The notes beneath the pieces were generated by a model. It made no database searches. It had not been told where the DNA came from and saw only the letters and a program-made list of their open reading frames with translations. A stretch of DNA of 64,000 nt, taken from Chitinophaga sp. (GTDB lineage: Bacteria; Bacteroidota; Bacteroidia; Chitinophagales; Chitinophagaceae). The stretch covers positions 1,676 to 65,675 of the forward strand of contig NZ_DATCRD010000288.1 of assembly GCF_036569185.1 (NCBI RefSeq), in the 5' to 3' direction. Of this stretch, positions 58,574-64,000 are shown one piece after another. The stretch's first letter is position 1, and each line of letters begins with the position of its first letter. The position numbers and the translations under genes were made by a program.

Positions 58574-61500
58574 TTAATTTGCTATTTCTTCACGAGCTTT
58601 ATTAAGTAAATTATTAATCCTATCTTTTTCTTTCTGCAATTGTGACCTCAATCCCTGAGCTGCTTTCAATACATCATCAGAGAGTTGCCCGGAGCCAATC
58701 GCTTTATTTAATTTTTCTATTTGATTTCCGACACCTCTCAATGCATTACTCACTTCATCAAGATGGTCATAAACCCTTCCATTTATTACTATTGGATTAC
58801 CTTGAATATCTCCTATTGCAGCCCCGATATGTTCACCATCAAGTGCTTTCATCTGGTTCGACACCTTTTTCAAAATTCCTTCCAAAAGTTCTCCTCCAAT
58901 TCCTCTTAGTGCTCCCTGAGCTAGCTTCCCCAATGTACTTGCTACCTTACCTCCTAAAATTTCTGTTCCTAAACTTAATGCAGCCATTCCAGCTTTCCCT
59001 TGAGAGGCATTTATTAAGAATCCTCCTCCAGGTAGGTATTTAGCTCCTTCGCTTACGTCCTCATAACCTTCTTTCATGGTTTGGCTAACAACACTCAATC
59101 TTTCGCGTCTATCTGCATATTCGGCTTGTGCTTCTGTACTATGAGACTGGCCAAATCCGAAGCCAAAAAAATCAGCCCATTTTTTCCACCAAGGAGGATC
59201 ATTGGATTCTGAAGGCGCCATTCCTTCAAGCTCAATAAAACGCATTGGATTATCAAATCCATAATTATAAGGCGACCATCTTCTCATTGAATCAGATTTT
59301 GCATCAAGCGTATGCCATCTGCCAATCTGGGCATCGTACATCCTTGCTCCGTAGTCATACCAATCTAATCCAAAGCCATCTCCGAACTCCATACTTTGTA
59401 GTTCTTTGCTATTATATTTCAAATGGTTCTCCGGATAGTTAGTTCCTTTTAATGCATTCGAACTAATCCCTGCCATAGTCAACCCAAATGGATAATAATG
59501 TGTCTCCTCCAACAACGGACCAGACGCCAGTGCAACAGTTACATCGTCAAAGAACACATCCTGCGGGCTCTCATTACTGGTGTATACATACAGGAAACCA
59601 GATTTTGAAACTACCATTTCATCCTGTCCCAATACTTGCAGCTGATCAGGTTCAGCTTTAACCTGCCTTACACCACTATTTTCATCCACTAATTTAAACT
59701 GATCATCAAACAAAACAAAATTTAAATACGCCTTTGGCCGGTCTATCTTAGCCGGATCTGAATCCTTCTCTTTCAGGCGTTGATAATCGGTATTATAAAA
59801 GTCATTATTAAGCGGCATAGATGAACCAGATGCTGATATCCCATGCGTGCCATTGGACTCCGTAGATCCACTAAATGCCTGCACCAGGTCGGCCACCATG
59901 TTTTCCGGTAAGGGAACATCTGCCTTTTTCTCTGTAGGAGCAATGGATTTGTAAAAAGCATTGGTCTTAATCCGGAAGGTATCTCCCGCCATAACCCGTA
60001 AAACCAGGGATGGACCAATTTTCTTTCCTTCATTCAGGGCCGTCAATTTGGAAACAGACTGGTTTTGAGCGGTGTCCTGCTCTGAAGGATAGCCTATTGG
60101 CTTGGGAGCACGGGTGTTATCAATGTTGCTAAATAGCGCTGATTCCGTTGCGGCACTGGTGGTTTCCATGGTTGCCGTATACATGCTAAGATCAGTCTGA
60201 TCTGTAAGAACAAGCCTGGTATTACCTAAATGATCTTTTATAAAATAATCATAGTTATACGCCACGGGTTGGCCTGTCTTAAAGCTGGCCCTGATGCGTC
60301 CTTCTTCATGGCCGATATATTGCAGGCTATCATTCTTATAAACAAAGCCCCCTATATAATCAGTTGTGGTTACTTTCGGCGTACCTCCTGTAACGTCTGT
60401 TACAATCTTTTTTACCTTATTACCGGAGGCGTCATACCTGTACACAATATTACCTTTTCCTGTTATGACAATACTATCAGGCAGGTTAAGGAAATTATAC
60501 CGGATTAATGTGATTTTTTTGTTCTCATCCTTTATAAGATTTCCATTTGCGTCGTAGTCGTAATCATCACCTGTATTAACGCCATTATTAAAGTCACCGA
60601 GTTTAGCCGCGGAAGTATTAATAGGATCAGCTACCTTTGCCAGTTTATTACTGTTACTGCGATAAGTGTATGTTAACTGGTCAATGAGCGAGGGGGCGGC
60701 AGTGCCATTTTTACCCATTTGGTTCATGGTAAGAATATTGCCGTTAGCATCGTAGGCTAAGTTGTTTACCGTGAAATCCATATTGGTTTTCCCCCAGGTT
60801 GTACCATTTCTTTCCAGGAAATTAGCCGAAGCCAGGCGGGAAATTTTATCATAGCCAAAGCTGTAAAGTCTTGCGATTCCATTGGATTTACTTTTCCAAC
60901 GTGCACCTGCAATATCACCACTGAACTGGGTGCCGAGTGTGAATCCGTAATCATAGATTAAATCCTGGCCAAACCAATTGGTGGTACTGCCATCAGTATT
61001 GGCGTATTCTTTATTAATTCCTTTGAGCCATCCTCTTATATTATATTCATATTTTAACATTTCAAGTTGCCCGGTTGCGGTAACACCAAGACGCTTTGTT
61101 AGCAGCTGTCCCATTTCATTATAGGTGGACACTGAAATTGTTTTCTCATTTGCAACCACATCATTAAGACGCTTTTTAACTGAAGTAACCCTGCCGGAAG
61201 CATCATAACTGATCATCGTCAGTAAAGTAGTCTGAGGTATGGTGGTGCTGCGCGGGTTTTTGTGCTTAAGATAAGTACTTAGCAACTTTCCGTTAAAATC
61301 ATATAGATTATTGATCACATCCACTCCCCCCGAAATATTGTCTGATAAGGTTTGTATTATCCGGCCTTTATCATTGTAATAGTTCGTGGTGGTTAACCAT
61401 TGGTTAGTTCCCAATATGCGTGTTCTGGTTCCAGTAACAAGCCCCCTGGTTTTACTGCTGGGGGTTGTTGGTAAGGCTTCGGAATACGGATTCGTACCGG

Positions 61501-62797
61501 CCTGTGGTTTCAGAATATCTTCTGTGGCATAGTTTTGTTTGCCGGTAAATGTATAATCATTATAGTAAGTATATAGCACTGGTGTTAGCGCAGTAGCAGG
61601 TAAATTAGGAGTTGGATTACCGCTTATAATTGCATTCATGGAATTCTGTAACGTAATTCGGTCGGTCGCAGCAGTATATAGTTGAAGTTGTATAGGTCGA
61701 TTTAAAGCGTCGTAGTAATTAACTAACCAATAAGCACCTTTCATTCTACCATCCCGAGAGAATACAAGTCTATCACGTACATCATAAATCATCTCGGTAG
61801 AATCGGCGCCTGGGATTTTTTTAACAATTAATCGTCCACGGCCATCATATCTGTACATAAAGCATAATTCTTTAGCTACATCCGCTGAAATAATCCAGGT
61901 TCCGCTAATTGCCTGTACTGCTTTGGGCGGTATTGCCATACGAAGATTACCTTTGTCGTCATACACATAATAGGTACAAAGCCACCCTACGTGGGCGGTT
62001 CCGGCAACAGGAGCCTGTGTCTTCTTTAATACAACTTGGCCCTCCTTATTCTTATATTCAATAATCTGGTTGCCCATTTCATTGGTTGTAGAATTTTTAT
62101 AGAGCTGACCCGCAGCATATATCGAAGAGCTTGTGGGAATGATACTGCCAGTTGTCAGTGTCCAGACTCTTACGGAGTCTGTTGATCCGTTGGTTTCATA
62201 ACTGTTTTGCATGAAACGGTTGCCGCCATTTTCACCGGTTGTAGCATCTTTCTTGGCCCAGCTATTTCCCGGGGCATACGACTTTAATGGTCTGTTCAGG
62301 GGAGACGCCTCAAAGTCAGTTTTACCATAGTATACACTTTCGCCAGCCGTACCAGGCATGAGCGAAGTATTGCTGTAAAAAAGTTTCTGCTGTGCAAATG
62401 GGTCGATTTTAAACTTTCCGTCAGCAGCATTTTGCGAGATAAAGGGAAGATACTTGTATTGTTCCCTTCCATATTGATCATAAATAGTGGATAATACCAT
62501 ATCTTTTTGTAAAGGACTAACCCCTTTGGATACAACCTGAATAGGTCTTCCAAGGCCATCAAAATATTGGGTTGTCTGCTTTACTTCTACTACCGTTCTG
62601 GCAGGAGCTGCTATAATAGCCGAATCCCCGCTCGGCATACCAGGCTCCCAGGTTCTTATATAATTGATAGGTACATTATTGTAATTCGCTGGTACAGGTA
62701 CAGGCGTAGCTGCGCTTCTCGGTATATCAACAGGAGTCTGTGCATTAATAGCGCCAGAATATAATAATAACAGTATAATATATATTGCTTTTGACAT
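58574..62797 (-). CDS. Rhs polymorphic toxin (Sec signal, DUF6443-like N-terminus, RHS core, Ntox28-like C-terminal toxin)
   Basis: Signal 'MSKAIYIILLLLYSGAINAQ'; 'QYFDGLGRPIQ', YD repeats, 'KDHLGNTR', 'THYYPFG' and 'DYGARMYDAQIGRW'; tip 'GNPIVINGRVYDHLDEV.NALRG'. Confidence 0.9.
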   Translation of the reverse strand: MSKAIYIILLLLYSGAINAQTPVDIPRSAATPVPVPANYNNVPINYIRTWEPGMPSGDSAIIAAPARTVVEVKQTTQYFDGLGRPIQVVSKGVSPLQKDMVLSTIYDQYGREQYKYLPFISQNAADGKFKIDPFAQQKLFYSNTSLMPGTAGESVYYGKTDFEASPLNRPLKSYAPGNSWAKKDATTGENGGNRFMQNSYETNGSTDSVRVWTLTTGSIIPTSSSIYAAGQLYKNSTTNEMGNQIIEYKNKEGQVVLKKTQAPVAGTAHVGWLCTYYVYDDKGNLRMAIPPKAVQAISGTWIISADVAKELCFMYRYDGRGRLIVKKIPGADSTEMIYDVRDRLVFSRDGRMKGAYWLVNYYDALNRPIQLQLYTAATDRITLQNSMNAIISGNPTPNLPATALTPVLYTYYNDYTFTGKQNYATEDILKPQAGTNPYSEALPTTPSSKTRGLVTGTRTRILGTNQWLTTTNYYNDKGRIIQTLSDNISGGVDVINNLYDFNGKLLSTYLKHKNPRSTTIPQTTLLTMISYDASGRVTSVKKRLNDVVANEKTISVSTYNEMGQLLTKRLGVTATGQLEMLKYEYNIRGWLKGINKEYANTDGSTTNWFGQDLIYDYGFTLGTQFSGDIAGARWKSKSNGIARLYSFGYDKISRLASANFLERNGTTWGKTNMDFTVNNLAYDANGNILTMNQMGKNGTAAPSLIDQLTYTYRSNSNKLAKVADPINTSAAKLGDFNNGVNTGDDYDYDANGNLIKDENKKITLIRYNFLNLPDSIVITGKGNIVYRYDASGNKVKKIVTDVTGGTPKVTTTDYIGGFVYKNDSLQYIGHEEGRIRASFKTGQPVAYNYDYFIKDHLGNTRLVLTDQTDLSMYTATMETTSAATESALFSNIDNTRAPKPIGYPSEQDTAQNQSVSKLTALNEGKKIGPSLVLRVMAGDTFRIKTNAFYKSIAPTEKKADVPLPENMVADLVQAFSGSTESNGTHGISASGSSMPLNNDFYNTDYQRLKEKDSDPAKIDRPKAYLNFVLFDDQFKLVDENSGVRQVKAEPDQLQVLGQDEMVVSKSGFLYVYTSNESPQDVFFDDVTVALASGPLLEETHYYPFGLTMAGISSNALKGTNYPENHLKYNSKELQSMEFGDGFGLDWYDYGARMYDAQIGRWHTLDAKSDSMRRWSPYNYGFDNPMRFIELEGMAPSESNDPPWWKKWADFFGFGFGQSHSTEAQAEYADRRERLSVVSQTMKEGYEDVSEGAKYLPGGGFLINASQGKAGMAALSLGTEILGGKVASTLGKLAQGALRGIGGELLEGILKKVSNQMKALDGEHIGAAIGDIQGNPIVINGRVYDHLDEVSNALRGVGNQIEKLNKAIGSGQLSDDVLKAAQGLRSQLQKEKDRINNLLNKAREEIAN

Positions 62798-62820
62798 AAT
62801 TTCGTTTTTTTGAGATCAGA

Positions 62821-64000
62821 TTATTGCGTTATAGGAACACGATATTGATACTGGATTAACTTTACAATTTTGCCATCCTGGTCTTTAATTGCTTTCAGGC
62901 GTCCCAACATGTCATACTCATAATAGATAGTCAACCCGCGATCATCTGTTTCAGAGGTAACCCCTAAAAGTGGAGTATACGTGTAAGTATTCACTATGGC
63001 ACCTGGAAGAGCAGTGCGTATTTTGTTAAGCTCATCCCGGAGTTGCTGATCGGTAGATGGTGATTGTAAAATAGTATTATTCACTAATGCAGCCACTGTA
63101 GTATAATCACTTCCAACGACTTTTGCCACAGGATATTGGTTATCGTAACCCCATAGGTATACTTCCGATAGGTCATTTACCTTGCCCTGTTGCCGGATAT
63201 TTCCATAGCTATCATAGTTGTTGAATGTAACCCATGGCTTGTAGCGGTTATCTTTTGTCACAGCAGCTGCGGTTACAGTGAGTGGTGTGTAATTGGCAAC
63301 GGGGTCTGGGCTATCAAAGCCCCAAGCGATGTCCGGGAACGGCTTGTCCGGCTTATATGTAGTAACGGATGCTGCTACAGTTGAAGAGCCCAGTGTGGTA
63401 TATTTTTCAATTACGCTACTGATATAATGATTACTCTGTAAATACTTTATTCCGGTAACTTCTGGCGTTGCCGGTGTTCCGGTAATGGTGTAATCTAATG
63501 GATACTTATAGTAAGAAGTTTGTATCTGGTTTAATGAATTTGCTTCAGTTTGGCGGCTTAACTGACCATGTTGGGCATTGTCATAATAACTACTTACTGT
63601 TTTGACGATACTCCGGTTATTGTTCAAGTCGAATACGGAATCCACGCGCTGAACCTCATAAATCCATGGACAGATGATTTTAGATGGTACGAGCCTGTAG
63701 CCCTGGTTAAGCGGCTCTGAACTACAACAACTGGTGCAGTAAACCGAATTACAATAAGGAAAAGTGTAACCATACATTATATTCGCAGCGAAATAATTGC
63801 CATTTTGAAGATTGCCGGTATTATAATAGTAATCAGTGCGCGATACTTTCCTGGCGGAAGAATCATAGTTGATTTCTCTTAAAAGGCTACCACGCAAATA
63901 ATCCATATCAGAAGTGTATTTTTCAGATGCCCCTATATTGTAGTAATTCATAGTGATGCCACCATGATATTCCGGGAGATGCATGTTGGTCGCATCATAA
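62821..64000 (-). CDS. YD/RHS-repeat partner protein (5' partial)
   Basis: Frame is open to the window end. C-terminus 'YLWGYDNQYPVAKV...TYTYTPLLGVTSETDDRG..IYYEYDMLGRLKAIKDQDGKIVK..QYQY'. Ends 23 nt before the Rhs start. Confidence 0.85.
   Translation of the reverse strand, partial: YDATNMHLPEYHGGITMNYYNIGASEKYTSDMDYLRGSLLREINYDSSARKVSRTDYYYNTGNLQNGNYFAANIMYGYTFPYCNSVYCTSCCSSEPLNQGYRLVPSKIICPWIYEVQRVDSVFDLNNNRSIVKTVSSYYDNAQHGQLSRQTEANSLNQIQTSYYKYPLDYTITGTPATPEVTGIKYLQSNHYISSVIEKYTTLGSSTVAASVTTYKPDKPFPDIAWGFDSPDPVANYTPLTVTAAAVTKDNRYKPWVTFNNYDSYGNIRQQGKVNDLSEVYLWGYDNQYPVAKVVGSDYTTVAALVNNTILQSPSTDQQLRDELNKIRTALPGAIVNTYTYTPLLGVTSETDDRGLTIYYEYDMLGRLKAIKDQDGKIVKLIQYQYRVPITQ

Noticed and set aside
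161-63384. Numerous 60-255-aa antisense or alternate-frame ORFs in the ORF track (e.g. 2393..3022, 3864..4631, 6549..7205, 15002..15655, 26449..27123)
   Set aside because: They overlap well-supported genes, carry no motifs, and are expected shadow ORFs.
1-64000. CRISPR arrays, tRNA/rRNA genes, IS elements, integrases, invertible promoters
   Set aside because: No regularly spaced repeats, cloverleaf or rRNA signatures, transposase/recombinase ORFs or paired distant inverted repeats were noticed. A tool-based scan was not possible.

Overview
Bacteroidota chromosome window, most likely Chitinophagaceae. This is inferred from the SusC/SusD pairs with ECF sigma/FecR regulators, LytS/LytTR systems, a T9SS C-terminal domain and TAnnTTTG -7 promoter elements. 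Bases 1-53.4 kb are mostly ordinary accessory genes: TonB receptors, two LytS/LytTR pairs, two sigma/anti-sigma-controlled SusC/D loci, redox and stress genes, and an AT-richer T9SS cargo + lipoprotein cassette at 29.3-32.9 kb. The right end (53.4-64 kb, all minus strand) is a conflict region. A YegI-type kinase is preceded by only the 3' end of a YegK-type PP2C phosphatase. The phosphatase appears cut by an AT-rich block carrying a stand-alone HEPN (Rx5H) protein, a proteasome/HslV-like Ntn-hydrolase-TPR gene split by one frameshift, a HEAT-like immunity gene, a signal-peptide Rhs toxin, and an upstream YD-repeat partner gene running off the window. The Rhs toxin has an Ntox28-like (CdiA-CT EC536-type tRNase) tip and a non-canonical ELEG cleavage motif. 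The best candidate for an undescribed system is the Ntn-protease-TPR + HEPN pair. No rRNA, tRNA, CRISPR array, transposase or integrase was seen. All family calls come from motif recognition by eye; no database search was run.
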